A stretch of 63,365 nucleotides of DNA, filler included, from Octopus bimaculoides (taxonomy: Eukaryota), in assembly GCF_001194135.2 (NCBI RefSeq). It is 6 parts of 5 records of this genome, joined end to end, with 100 filler letters (N's around TTAATTAATTAA, not from the genome) between each part and the next. Parts side by side here need not be neighbours in the genome. Positions count along the whole stretch, not along the records: positions 29,165 to 38,588 come from NC_069005.1; positions 38,689 to 51,051 come from NC_068988.1; 4 more parts are not named here. One strand, 5' to 3'. The translations under genes and the position numbers were made by a program. Shown piece by piece: positions 37,912 through 50,494 of the stretch (the first letter of the stretch is position 1; the number at the start of each line of letters is the position of its first letter). The notes below the pieces were generated by a model that was not told the DNA's origin, searched no databases, and saw only the letters and a list, made by a program, of their open reading frames with translations.

Positions 37912-38474
37912 TTCTTCTTCCTTCGCCCCCATCTCCTTCTTCTACACTCTCTCCTCTTCCTCCTCACCCTTCTCACACCTCCTTCTCCTATTACACCATG
38001 CTCCGCCCACACCATTTCATGCCGGTGCTTACTTTGATTAAAATATCTTTAATTAGTTTTAATTAATTATCTATTTCGCTTTTGCAACTTAAATTAAATT
38101 GCAGATGAAACATGTACACATGCATGTTTATAAGTATGTGTATATACAAATGTGTGTATATGCACATGCATATATACGTCAGCGTATACATATAGATATA
38201 GGCGCATACATACACATATAAGTGTATATATATGTATATATATATGTGTGTGCATATATATTATATACACACCTATATATGTATGTATATACATATACAC
38301 ATACAGATACATGTTTGTATGACTAAACTCATACACAGAGGAGAGCAAAAAAGATATATATATATTCATATACATACATATAAATACCTGCATTTGCTTA
38401 TATACGCACGTAGATATACCTATCTATTTTGCAATTTATCTATCTATTTATCTATCCATATTATATGTATATAT

Positions 38475-38576
<102 letters not shown>

Positions 38577-38688
38577 GTATGTATATATNNNNNNNNNNNN
38601 NNNNNNNNNNNNNNNNNNNNNNNNNNNNNNNNTTAATTAATTAANNNNNNNNNNNNNNNNNNNNNNNNNNNNNNNNNNNNNNNNNNNN

Positions 38689-38719
<31 letters not shown>

Positions 38720-38738
38720 GGGTTTCAAATTTCATCAG

Positions 38739-38863
38739 TTCAGATATGGCTGACATGATTTTTTCAGACGCTCCCAACAATATTGGTGAAATTGCTGATG
38801 TTGGTTTTAAACTGGAAATATGCTGGCTATTTAAGATGTCAGGTTTAGCATTATATTTCGAAG
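38739..38863 (+). CDS. Candidate exon
   Basis: tttcaaatttcatcAG acceptor, AAG|GTAATT donor, open frame MADMIFSDAPNNIGEIADVGFKLEICWLFKMSGLALYFE; no family recognised. Confidence 0.25.
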
Positions 38864-39532
38864 GTAATTCCATTAGTATTCATCTACCCTATCAGTAGTC
38901 TCCCCTTAACTGTAAAAATGTAATTGCCATATGGTTGCTAGAATTTGTTTTATTTTTATTTTTATTTTATGTTATGTTGAGGTGGTGTAGAAGGGCATAA
39001 GCGGCCTCGTGCTACTTATAACATAGTCCTCTCCTCCACACCTTTTATTTCCAGGTCTATTTTATTTATTTACGTCTACCCCTGTAACGGTCTTAGCTTG
39101 CCCTGGTTTAAATATATCTAACCAAGTGTAGAGATGACTGGACATTAGTCAATTCCATTACGGACAACAGGTGGTTGGTCTCTAGAATATTTCAGTAAGT
39201 ACACCATTATAAAAACTTTACGGGTTTGTTTTGGATAAATGTTAATTAGCTCTATTTACGAAATCATAAGTACAATCCTTTTTCTAGACATATTGGCAAT
39301 TCCTGTTTTACTTCAGCACTAGTTGTATTATACTACCATTTATACACCCTGGTACCCCCATATAAAGAGAAACCCACAAATTATTTCTCTCGTTCATTTG
39401 CTAGTTCACTCTTTTGCCTATCGACTTCAAGCTTCACACTGCAAAATGGTATGATTCTAATATATTGAACCTTCTAGCCTCATCTCGAGGCCATGTTCTT
39501 TCCTCTTCCCTTCTTTTATTTTATGTATTTGT

Positions 39533-39650
39533 ATTTACTCTGATGAAGCTGCATGTACTAGATCGAATTTGCCATAAAGATGAATATTATTTTCGGAATT
39601 TTCTTTGGAAGCACCGACTAACATTGGCAGCCGAAACGGCCGTAAGAAAT
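39533..39650 (+). ncRNA. Hammerhead ribozyme motif with intact core and ~74-nt loop II
   Basis: CTGATGA (39540-46), GCTGC (39548-52)/GCAGC (39627-31), GAAA (39633-36), C-GGCC-G, GTA ending at 39644; helix I ATTT(A)CT/AGAAAT. Confidence 0.7.
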
Positions 39651-39746
39651 GCCATGTTATGTTTTGTATTAAAAAACAATTAATCGATGTTGGTCAATTT
39701 GTTTGTTTGTTGATCAAAAGTTTTCTCCGTTTTCTGCTTATTTACA

Positions 39747-40015
<269 letters not shown>

Positions 40016-40061
40016 AGAAGCTTGTAGATTTCAGCGACCCAGCATGGCGAAGCATCTCTCC

Positions 40062-40275
40062 TCAACCATATACCAGCATTTCCTCCGGATTACTACTGGA
40101 TCTACTGACTGCGAAGTCCAGGTCTGGGATTGTTATTGCTGGTACTCTCCGCAATCTTTGCTGGTCAATGGTGAAACCAAGGTCTTCGTCACTGTTGTCT
40201 GTGGCCTGCCACATTGCATAATTCAACACAATTACAAGCAGGTAAAGTGAAAGTGTGTCTCCTTGTAACACCTCA
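40062..40275 (-). mobile_element. Non-LTR (RTE-like) reverse transcriptase fragment
   Basis: LQGDTLSLYLLVIVLNYAM...DLDFA corresponds to the RT QG and FADD motifs. Confidence 0.8.
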
Positions 40276-41061
40276 GCTAGTATTTGAAAGAACTCCTTTT
40301 ATCAGTTAGATGACGACACACATCCAGAACTAGTTCTTGCCATTGCAAAGACCTACGAGATGACTTTGCTTTTCACCATTTCGGGGTTGATAAAATAATT
40401 ACCAGTTGAGCACTAGGGTTGCCGTAACTGCCTTACCTCCTCCTGCGAAATTGCTGGCCTTGTGCTAAAATTTGAAATCATTATTATTTATATTTGTGCT
40501 ATTTATATTCTAGCTTTCTTTGGCAGCCAACTTAATAAAGACCATAAAAATTACATCAATCTGTTAAATTAAACCAATAAATAAACAATCGACATCATCA
40601 CTCGATGGTTCTAAAATACTTTTCATTCCACTTACAAAACAAAAATAAAGAATAGATACACACACATACAAAATAAAACAAAACTAAACAAACTGCATTT
40701 ATGTTGGTTATCATTTTGTATGTCTAGCTCAATAGAAATCTCTTTCTTCTGACGATCGCATTTGTGAATGAGAAGATTGATGACGTAATTAAGAATAATG
40801 TTCTATACTAGGTGTCTGCTACAATAAATCTGACACTATAAACTAAAAGTACATTGAATGTAATTATTAAATGCAGTTACTGTCTGTAATATCTCTGAAA
40901 AAGTAGTTGAATTAGTTATAGAAATAGAATATACACGTGAAAGTCGCGATGTTACGAGGTGAGGAGTTCGTACATCGCTGTAATTTTGACTACTTGAACC
41001 AAACAAGTTCAATATAAGTGTAACGTTAAATATCATGCACACTCATCAAAACAAACACATA

Positions 41062-41118
<57 letters not shown>

Positions 41119-41134
41119 GTGTGTGTATTTTATT

Positions 41135-41280
41135 TGGTTGGCGTTAGGAAGGGCATCCAGCTGTAGAAACTCTACCAGATCAGATTGGAGCCTAGTGCAG
41201 CCAACTGGTTCGCCAGTCCTCAGTCAAATCGTCCAACCTATGCTAGCATGGAATGCGGACATTAAACGATGATGATGATG
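41135..41280 (+). mobile_element. SINE/LINE 3' tail fragment ending in (GAT)n
   Basis: ggttggcgttaggaagggcatccagctgtagaaac...attaaacgatgatgatgatg. Confidence 0.6.
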
Positions 41281-41285
41281 ACACA

Positions 41286-41500
41286 AGATGTGGAGAAATC
41301 TACATTGGGAAAACTGGGATGTCTTTAAGACAACGCATAACATTGCAGATATTACAGAATTGAAAATACAAATAAACAGGATTTAGTGAACATGCAGACA
41401 CATGTGTCAGGAGGAAGAAAACCAAATTTTTTGCGATCTTCTTGTAACAATTTGCCAGTGACACATAATAAGAGCATTGCATCAACTTAGGAACGACATT
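41286..41500 (+). mobile_element. Penelope-like GIY-YIG endonuclease fragment
   Basis: RCGEIYIGKTGMSLRQRITL then frameshifted GFSEHADTC. Confidence 0.7.
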
Positions 41501-42314
41501 AATAATGAATTACTGACCACTGTATGAGAGAAATGATTACTGCTGATAATGGTACTTATACAACTACTGGTACTACTGCTACTGTTGCTGCTGCAACAAG
41601 AACACCACCGCCACCACCACCACCNNNNNNNNNNNNNNNNNNNNNNNNNNNNNNNNNNNNNNNNNNNNNNNNNNNNNNNNNNNNNNNNNNNNNNNNNNNN
41701 NNNNNNNNNNNNNNNNNNNNNNNNNNNNNNNNNNNNNNNNNNNCTCCTCCTACTACTACTACTACTACAGTGGGAGGGGAAGAAACTGCGACTACAACTA
41801 CGGAATTTATCATTCATATCACCACTACTGCTACAACTACTGCCTAAGCCACAGCTGTTTCAACTGCTTTTACTGGGAAGGCTTTTACTGATAAGCCACT
41901 ACTATCACGACTTCTCGAAACGTTGCCAACCGCTCCTTGATACCGACATTGCCAGTAAGGGACAATAGAGCAGTACTTCTACTACTATAAGAAGGAACAG
42001 TACATCACTACTAATACTCTGACTACTGTTATTTTGATCCGACAGCCATTAGAGGGAAACCGACAACCAATACCTTGTGAAGTTTGTATGAAAAATAATT
42101 GAACCTTAAAACTGCTCTTACGAAAAACAAATTTAATCCGGTTTACTTTCGTCTTTTGTTATTGCATGAGTAAATGTCTTAAAAATTCGAATTGATGGAT
42201 TATTTTGGTAAAAATGTAAAATTTTTCTATTTTTAATGATAAAGTCCTCAAAGCATTTTCACCTATTTTTTCTAATATAAATTTAATCGTGTGAAAGTTC
42301 TTGACCTTTACAAA

Positions 42315-42640
42315 ATGTATGTATGTATGTATGTATGTATGTATGTATGCATGTATGTATGTATGTAAGCATATATGAATGTATGTACGTACGTATGTAT
42401 GTATGTATGTATGTATGTATGTATGTATGTATGTATGTATGTATGTATGTATGAATGTATGTACGTATGTATGTGTGTATGTAAGTATGTATGTATGTAT
42501 GTATGTATGTATGTATGTATGTATGTGTGTATGTTTGTAAGTATGTATGTATGTGTGTGTGTATGTATGTATGTATGTATGTATGTATGTATGTAGCTGT
42601 GTGTGTGTGGGTGTGTGTTTGTGTGCACGTATGTTTGCAT
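42315..42640. repeat. (TATG)n microsatellite
   Basis: Direct reading. Confidence 0.95.
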
Positions 42641-42659
42641 GTACGTATAAATATATCTC

Positions 42660-42866
42660 TTATCTGGTACTTGTTTCAGTCATTTGACTGCGGTCATGCT
42701 GCAGCACTGCTTCGAGGGGCTTTAGTCGAACAAATCGACTCCAGGACTTATTTTTTTAGGCCTATTACTTATTCTATCGGTCTCTTTTGCCGACCCGCTA
42801 TGTTACGGGGACGTAAGCACATCAACACTGGTTGTCAAACGACAGTGGAGCAAACACAGACACAAA

Positions 42867-42935
<69 letters not shown>

Positions 42936-43087
42936 GACAGGCTTCTTTCAGTTTCCATCTACCAAATCCACTCACATGGCTTTGGTCCTCCTGAGACTAT
43001 AGCAGAAGACACTTGTCCAAAGTGCCACGCAGTGGGACTGAACCTGGAACCATGTGGTTGGGAAGCAAGCTTCTTACTACACAGTCA
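42660..43087 (-). mobile_element. SINE family B
   Basis: Homology to 12552-12966. Confidence 0.9.
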
Positions 43088-43419
43088 CATATACATACAT
43101 ACATATCTCTGTGTTTCTGTCTTCGTCTATTTGTGTTTTTCTTTCTCTCTCTCTCTCCACACACACAGACACACACACATACGTGTTTGTGTGTACGTGC
43201 GTGCGCATAGGAGATTAACCGTTGTTTTGGTACATGTGTCCTCACAGTATACACAGAGGTAAGATGCTGGTGATGGCGGGGAACTAACCAGATATTATAA
43301 TTAAAGCCAGAGGGAGCAAAATAAAAAATTCAGCAAGAAAATGAAAACATCTTTGCGAAAGAGTTGCAAGAACTGTCAAGACTGAAAATAGAAATAAAGA
43401 CAGGCGCGGTTGTGGCTTG

Positions 43420-43953
43420 GTGGCATGTAAACTCAGAGCGTAAATTCGGAAAAAATGCCACTAAACGCTTTTTCCGGCGCGGTAACGATTCTTCCACCTC
43501 GCCGCCTTATGGACAACTCACATATTGATCTCAAATTTTGGCACAAGGCCAGCAATTTCGAGGGAGTGGGGTTTTACATCGACCTCAGTGCTTAACTGGT
43601 ACTTATTTTATCGACTCCTGAAGGATGAAAAGCAAAGTCGACCTCGACGAAATATTGAAGTCATAATGTAAATATGGACGAAATACTGCTAGGCATTTTG
43701 TCTGGCATACCAACGTTTCTTATTTCTTTATTGCCCACTAGGGGCTAAACATAGAGGGGACAAACAAGGACAGATAAAGGGATTAAGTCGATTACATCGA
43801 CCCCAGTGCGTAACTGATACTTGATCTATCGACCTGGAAAGGATGAAAGGCAAAGTCGACCTCGGCGAAATTTGAACTCAGAACGTAACGGCAGACGAAA
43901 TACCGCTAAGCATTTCGCCCGGCGTGCTAACGTTCCTGCCAGCTCGCCGCCTT
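43420..43953 (-). mobile_element. Tandem SINE family A copies; 43716-43953 is complete
   Basis: rc aaggcggcgagctggcaggaacgttagcacgccgggcgaaatg...gagttcaaatttcgccgaggtcgactttgcc...gggcaataaagaaataagaa. Confidence 0.9.
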
Positions 43954-44366
43954 AACAACAGAAACGAGCTGCTCCCAACTGATTGAATACTATAGCAATG
44001 CTATCCTGCGTATGCAAAGCAGCCCTTCATGTACGTACATTACAGAACAGAGAATTTAGCTCACAACACTACTTCTCCGGAGATTTCCGGAAAACAAGGG
44101 GTCCTAACAAATCAACTTGCATTGTTTTGTGTTAAAAAAATTAAACAGTCATACACACACGCAGACACATATATGAATGAGTGGACAAACGCAAGTGGCA
44201 CTCAATGCAATTGGCAGGAATTACATGTACTTAATAACAGTATGACTCGGGTCCGTGAATCTTAAAGGATCGTAGGATCGTAGAACGAACATAGGCTTTT
44301 GGAGATCTCCAATTACCTTACGAGCTGCGTTCGTTCTCCGAACCTAAGTTGAACGGAGTCAAATTG

Positions 44367-44424
<58 letters not shown>

Positions 44425-44451
44425 ATGTGTGTGTGCGTACATATATATGTC

Positions 44452-44819
44452 GTGGGACTCCTTCTGTTACGGCGATGAGGGTTCCAGTTGATCCGATCAC
44501 GGAACAGCCTGCTCGTGAAATTAACATGCAAGTGGCTGAGCACTCCACAGACACGTGTACCCTTAACATAGTTCTCGGGGATATTCAGCATGACACAGTG
44601 TGACAAGGCTGACCCTTTGAATTACAGGCACAACAGAAACATGAAATAAGAGTGAGAGAAAATTATGGTGGAAGAGTTCGCCACCATCCCCTGCTGGAGC
44701 CTCGCGGAGCTTTCGGCGTTTTTGCTCAATAAACTCTCCCAACGCTCGGTTTGGGAATCGAAACTGCGATCCCACGACCGCGAGTCCGCTGCCCTCGCCA
44801 CTGGGTCATTGCGCCTCCA
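44452..44819 (-). mobile_element. SINE family C
   Basis: Homology to 15235-15606. Confidence 0.9.
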
Positions 44820-45299
44820 CACACACACACACATAGATGTGCGCATATGTGTGTGTGTGTGTGTGTGTGTAGATATTTATGTATGTATATGTATTTACAT
44901 ATGTCTATATATGTGTGTGTATTTGAAAATATGAATCTCCCTCCCCCCACTCTCTCTCTGTGTCTATCATATTCATATTTACACAGCTTAAAATAATGTA
45001 CCTGAAGCATGAATAATGTGGAAATATCTACAGTTAATTATTTGGATGACTTTTATGTGTGAAATTAAGAACGACATGTAAACACCCGTATAGTCACTTG
45101 AGTAAATAAAAAGCCCTCCGAGGAAACCGGAAATTCCAACATACATACGTGCACGCACGCACATGCACACACATAACACAATGACACACATAGCACAATC
45201 ACACACATAGCACAATCACACACATACACGGAGAGGAAAACGTATTCTAAACACAATATGTAGTTTGTACCATTTTTTCCCTACGCACGTTTCATCAAT

Positions 45300-45533
45300 G
45301 TTATTCCTTTACTACTCACAAGGGGCTACACACAGTGGGGACAAACAAGGACAGACAAACGAATTAAGTCGATTATATCGACCCCAGTGCGTAACTGGTA
45401 CTTATTTAATCGACCCCGAAAGGATGAAAGGCAAAGTCGACCTCGGCGGAATTTGAACTCAGAACGTAGCGGCAGACGAAATACCGCTAAGCATTTCGCC
45501 CGGTGTGCTAACATTTCTGCCAGCTCGCCGCTT
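45300..45533 (-). mobile_element. SINE family A
   Basis: Near-identical to 43716-43953. Confidence 0.9.
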
Positions 45534-46029
45534 CATCAGTGTAACTATGTACATCCTGTGCAGTGAATGTTCATAGTGCAGTTAGATACAGATTCCCAAC
45601 AGTTCTTTATTATATTACGTTGACACAGATCCAACGCTTTAGTAATGAAACACACCACTTGACTCGATGGCGGTATTTTGTGTTGAGCTTTAAATTCACC
45701 AGTTGCAGTCACACATTTAGCTGTACGCATGAAAAGTACTATATAACTTTAAGATGCATGGAGTCGAGTCAAACGTATATTCCTCTTCGTGTCATTCTAT
45801 TTTTATCATTTGTTATGAATCCGGGATTTGGTTGTTTTACAGAATACAAGTAGAGAATAAAACAAAACATGAGAGATTGTTTATAAGCTATTTGGTTACA
45901 CCACTTAACCTACCCTGCATTAATACATTAGTTACATAATGTAAATTACATATTTAAGTTTTATTGTGAAATCGTCAGAGACGGGTGAATTTTAAACATA
46001 ACATTCTGTGATTGTAAACATGTAGACGG

Positions 46030-46295
46030 AATCAACGTGGCTGTGTGGTATGAAGCTTGCTTCTCCACCACATGGTTCCAGGTTCAGTCCTACTGCGTGG
46101 AACCTTGGGCAAGTGTCTTCTGCTATAGCCTTGGGCCGACCAAAGCCCTGTGAGTGGATTTGGTAGACGGAAACTGAAAGAAACCCATCGTATTTATGTA
46201 TTTATGTGTGTGTCATTGTGTCTGTGTTTGTTATTGTGTCTGTGTTTGTTATTGTGTCTGTGTTTGTTATTGTGTCTGTGTTTGTTATTGTGTCT
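46030..46295 (+). mobile_element. SINE family B 5' part ending in an 18-bp tandem repeat (tgtgtctgtgtttgttat) x4.5
   Basis: Head gtggctgtgtggtatgaagcttgc...ggttcagtcc; repeat starts at 46217. Confidence 0.85.
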
Positions 46296-46743
46296 GTAGA
46301 ATCGTTTGTGAACCGAACAAGCTACTGGTAGAATCGTTAGTGAACTGAACAGGTTACTGGTAGAATCGTTAGTGAACGGAATAAGTTACTGGTAGAATCG
46401 TTAGTGAATCGAACAAGCTACTGGTAGAATCGTTAGTGAATCGAACATGCTACTGGTAGAATCGTTTGTGAACTGAAACAGTTACTGGTAGAATCGTTAG
46501 TGAACTGAACAAGTTAGTGGTAGAATCGTTAGTGAACCGAACAAATTACTGATGGAATCATTAGTGAACCGAAAAAGCTACTGGTAGAATCGCTAGTGAA
46601 CCGAACAAATTACTGGTAGAATCGTTAGTGAACCGAACTAATTAGTGGTAGAATCGTTAGTGAACCGGACAAGTTACTGGTAGAATCGTTTGTGAACCGA
46701 ACAAACTGCCTGTGGATTCGTTAGTGACATGAACAAAATGTTG
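46296..46743 (+). repeat. 32-bp minisatellite x14 derived from the SINE A head
   Basis: Units gtagaatcgttagtgaaccgaacaagttactg at 32-bp spacing, no spacers. Confidence 0.95.
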
Positions 46744-46910
46744 GTAGAACCAGCGAGCATTTCTTCCGGCTGTTTATGTTCAGAGTTGAAATTCCGCCGC
46801 TCTCGACTTTGCCTTTCATCCTCTCGGAGTCAATAAAATCAGTAGAATACTGGGAGTCAATGTATACCCTATCTAAGAATTGCAGGCCTTGTGCCAAAAT
46901 TAGAGTTATA
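46744..46910 (+). mobile_element. Remainder of SINE family A
   Basis: gagttgaaattccgccgctctcgactttgcctttcatcc...gcaggccttgtgccaaaattaga. Confidence 0.75.
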
Positions 46911-47105
46911 CTTTTGGATTAAAAACCTCACTTTTGTTATAATCAGTTGTTTCGATTTGAGAATTGCGTTAAAGATAAAGTAAAATTTCCTGTGACTTAT
47001 ACGCAGCCATTAGCCATTAATTTCACGAGTGGTAATTCAATTTGTTAGACAACCGACTGCTCATCGTCGAGAATGACGGAGAATTGCCTCTATTGGCGAC
47101 TTCAC

Positions 47106-47208
47106 CGTAGGATATAATTCAAATGGCATGTTCAGATGATTCTGTACAGTTGACGTCACCCAATTATAATGTATGATCAGCCGTAAACGAACCTGATTCC
47201 AGGCCTCA
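47106..47208 (-). CDS. Candidate exon
   Basis: Acceptor ttatttatttatccctgcctcaccAG; only the phase-2 frame is open (EAWNQVRLRLIIHYNWVTSTVQNHLNMPFELYPT); weak donor GTGAAG. Confidence 0.2.
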
Positions 47209-48624
47209 CTGGTGAGGCAGGGGATAAATAAATAAGTAACATATTAAATGTTGTTGTCACTGTATGGGGTATTGTTATACGTTTGAAGCATTAGCTGGCG
47301 CTACTCTATAAGCAACATTAACCGTATGTAAACCAAGTGAAAACTGGAGGCAATCACACTTATGTAAATAGTTATTTTTACACGCACTTACACACACACA
47401 CATATACTTATGAATACACAAACACACACACACACACACATATATATATACATGTATATTCATTTACGTATGTATATNNNNNNNNNNNNNNNNNNNNNNN
47501 NNNNNNNNNNNNNNNNNNNNNNNNNNNNNNNNNNNNNNNNNNNNNNNNNNNNNNNNNNNNNNNNNNNNNNNNNNNNNNNNNNNNNNNNNNNNNNNNNNNN
47601 NNNNNNNNNNNNNNNNNNNNNNNNNNNNNNNNNNNNNNNNNNNNNNNNNNNNNNNNNNNNNNNNNNNNNNNNNNNNNNNNNNNNNNNNNNNNNNNNNNNN
47701 NNNNNNNNNNNNNNNNNNNNNNNNNNNNNNNNNNNNNNNNNNNNNNNNNNNNNNNNNNNNNNNNNNNNNNNNNNNNNNNNNNNNNNNNNNNNNNNNNNNN
47801 NNNNNNNNNNNNNNNNNNNNNNNNNNNNNNNNNNNNNNNNNNNNNNNNNNNNNNNNNNNNNNNNNNNNNNNNNNNNNNNNNNNNNNNNNNNNNNNNNNNN
47901 NNNNNNNNNNNNNNNNNNNNNNNNNNNNNNNNNNNNNNNNNNNNNNNNNNNNNNNNNNNNNNNNNNNNNNNNNNNNNNNNNNNNNNNNNNNNNNNNNNNN
48001 NNNNNNNNNNNNNNNNNNNNNNNNNNNNNNNNNNNNNNNNNNNNNNNNNNNNNNNNNNNNNNNNNNNNNNNNNNNNNNNNNNNNNNNNNNNNNNNNNNNN
48101 NNNNNNNNNNNNNNACTTGCCCAAATTAATTTTACCGATACGGTCATGTTTTTATGCGCTAGCCACTGATATAATCATTTTCAATGATTATATCCCTAAT
48201 TTATAAGTATATATATATAGGGGGAAAGTAAGCAGAAAAATAAGAGAAAATGCACATTGAAAATCAAAAAGAAGGTAAGGCTTTTTATGAAAAGTAACGA
48301 TATATGTATACAATTAGATGAACTGAGGTAGGAATAAAGGTAAAAAAAGTCATTATTGTGAGTTGTTAAAGAGATTTACAAGCATACCAGTTTCGTAATA
48401 ATACTATTCATTGCTTTGAGTATACACCGAATTCTGAACGGTGTCAAGTCTATTAGTCCCTTAGTAACATCATATAGAACACCACTAATCTTCCATTCAA
48501 TATCACTAACCCCCATACTTCCCATACACCATTCACACTACAAATCCAGATTACCCTAATTGCACCAAATCCAGAACTACTTACCTCCCTTACACATAAT
48601 CTTTTTACTAAATTCACTCGCAAG

Positions 48625-48735
48625 GCATTGGTCACCAGGAACTACAATAGAAAACATTTGCTCAAAGTAAACCGCGTAGTGGGACTGAACACAAAAACCA
48701 CAGGATTGTAAAGCAAAGTTTCTTAACCACACTGC
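48625..48735 (-). mobile_element. SINE family B head, decayed
   Basis: gcgtagtgggactgaac...cttaaccacac. Confidence 0.6.
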
Positions 48736-49886
48736 CATGTCTTCACCTACGTTAACAAAAACAAAATCGCGAATGTAGTAAACATTTTCCAAAAAAGAAA
48801 AGAAAAGAGAAAAAAAGCAAGACAGAACGAAATTTTCCCTGGAGCTCTAATTTCACAACAGAAGTTAAATACTACTCAAATATTTCAAATAAAATATCAA
48901 TGAACTTTTCATTTTGATTGATGTTCAAAGCATCGTATATTTTCACCTAGAATTTATCTGCAATTATTTACTCTTTTGTCAATACTTCATACGATAACAG
49001 CTTACTAAAATCGATCACAAAATTGCAAACTTAGTTTTAAAATATTGCTGATGTAATCAGTTTATGTGGAATTGTTTGAAACCAATAAGAAACATAAAAA
49101 TTATAATAATACAAAAGTTATTATTTTCAACTTCTTACATGTCATAAACCTTACAACTGTATTGTATTTGTGTTTTAATGAAATATTTCAAAGTGAATAT
49201 TTGCATAATGTTTTATTCTAAAGCTAATGTTTACATAATGTAGTTTCTTCTATTTCTCCTCCTCCTCCTCCTCCTCCTCCTCCNNNNNNNNNNNNNNNNN
49301 NNNNNNNNNNNNNNNNNNNNNNNNNNNNNNNNNNNNNNNNNNNNNNNNNNNNNNNNNNNNNNNNNNNNNNNNNNNNNNNNNNNNNNNNNNNNNNNNNNNN
49401 NNNNNNNNNNNNNNNNNNNNNNNNNNNNNNNNNNNNNNNNNNNNNNNNNNNNNNNNNNNNNNNNNNNNNNNNNNNNNNNNNNNNNNNNNNNNNNNNNNNN
49501 NNNNNNNNNNNNNNNNNNNNNNNNNNNNNNNNNNNNNNNNNNNNNNNNNNNNNNNNNNNNNNNNNNNNNNNNNNNNNNNNNNNNNNNNNNNNNNNNNNNN
49601 NNNNNNNNNNNNNNNNNNNNNNNNNNNNNNNNNNNNNNNNNNNNNNNNNNNNNNNNNNNNNNNNNNNNNNNNNNNNNNNNNNNNNNNNNNNNNNNNNNNN
49701 NNNNNNNNNNNNNNNNNNNNNNNNNTCTTCTTCTTCTTCTTCTTCTTCTTCTTCTCCTCATTCTTCTTCTTCTTCTTCTTCTTCTTCTTCTTCTTCTTCT
49801 TCTTCTTCTTCTTCTTCTTGTTCTCTTCTTCTTCTTCTTCTTCTTCTTCTTCTTCTTCTTCTTCTTCTTCTTCTTCTTCTTCTTCT

Positions 49887-50125
49887 TGCGGCCAGCTAGT
49901 AGAATCGTTGGAACGCCTGGTGAAATGCGTAGCGGCATTTCGTTCTAATGCTGCTACGTTCTAAGTTCAAATTCCGCCGAGTTCGACTTTACCTTTCATC
50001 CTTTCGGGGTTGATAAATTAAGTACCAGTTACGCACTGGGGTCGATGTAATCGACTTAATCCCTTTGTCTGTCCTTGTTTGTCCCCACTATGTTTAGCCT
50101 CTTGTGGGCAATAAAGAAATAAGAA
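49887..50125 (+). mobile_element. SINE family A
   Basis: gttcaaattccgccgagttcgactttacctttcatcc...gtgggcaataaagaaataagaa. Confidence 0.9.
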
Positions 50126-50441
50126 AAGACAATGAAACTGATCAAGCTGTTTCACTGCACCGACAAAATAATACTGAATATATAAGACTACAAAAGCCAA
50201 AATCTATATCTAGTACAATGAACACCTTAATATATACTGAAGCCGATATACAACATCAGGACTTTGGCACATGATCCCTGTCAGTTCTACACAATACTGC
50301 AATATTTATCCCGAAAACAACTCGAGTATAGTTGAGAACAAATAGCCCAAGCATCTGCATTTCGATGTTCCCAAATGACAAAAGTGAAGAAGAAAAAACA
50401 AAAGAGAAGCTGAAAGGCAATAAATTGCTGTTCTACTTTAC

Positions 50442-50494
50442 TTGAACTTTGTCGTTTTCTGTGTCAACTTTTTTTCCCCACTGCTTGTCTCCAT
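50442..50494 (-). CDS. Candidate first coding exon end (METSSGEKKLTQKTTKF, phase 2)
   Basis: ATG at 50494, donor GTAAAG at 50441-50436; upstream unique leader and GA/CT-rich region to 51050. Confidence 0.2.

Noticed and set aside
41885-41925. ctgataag...ctcgaaacgtt hammerhead-like string downstream of a GIY-YIG fragment
   Set aside because: G8 is mutated and there is no convincing helix I or II; too weak to call.
46296-46743. CRISPR-like 32-bp periodicity
   Set aside because: Units are contiguous with no unique spacers, no cas genes are present, and the context is eukaryotic; it is a minisatellite.
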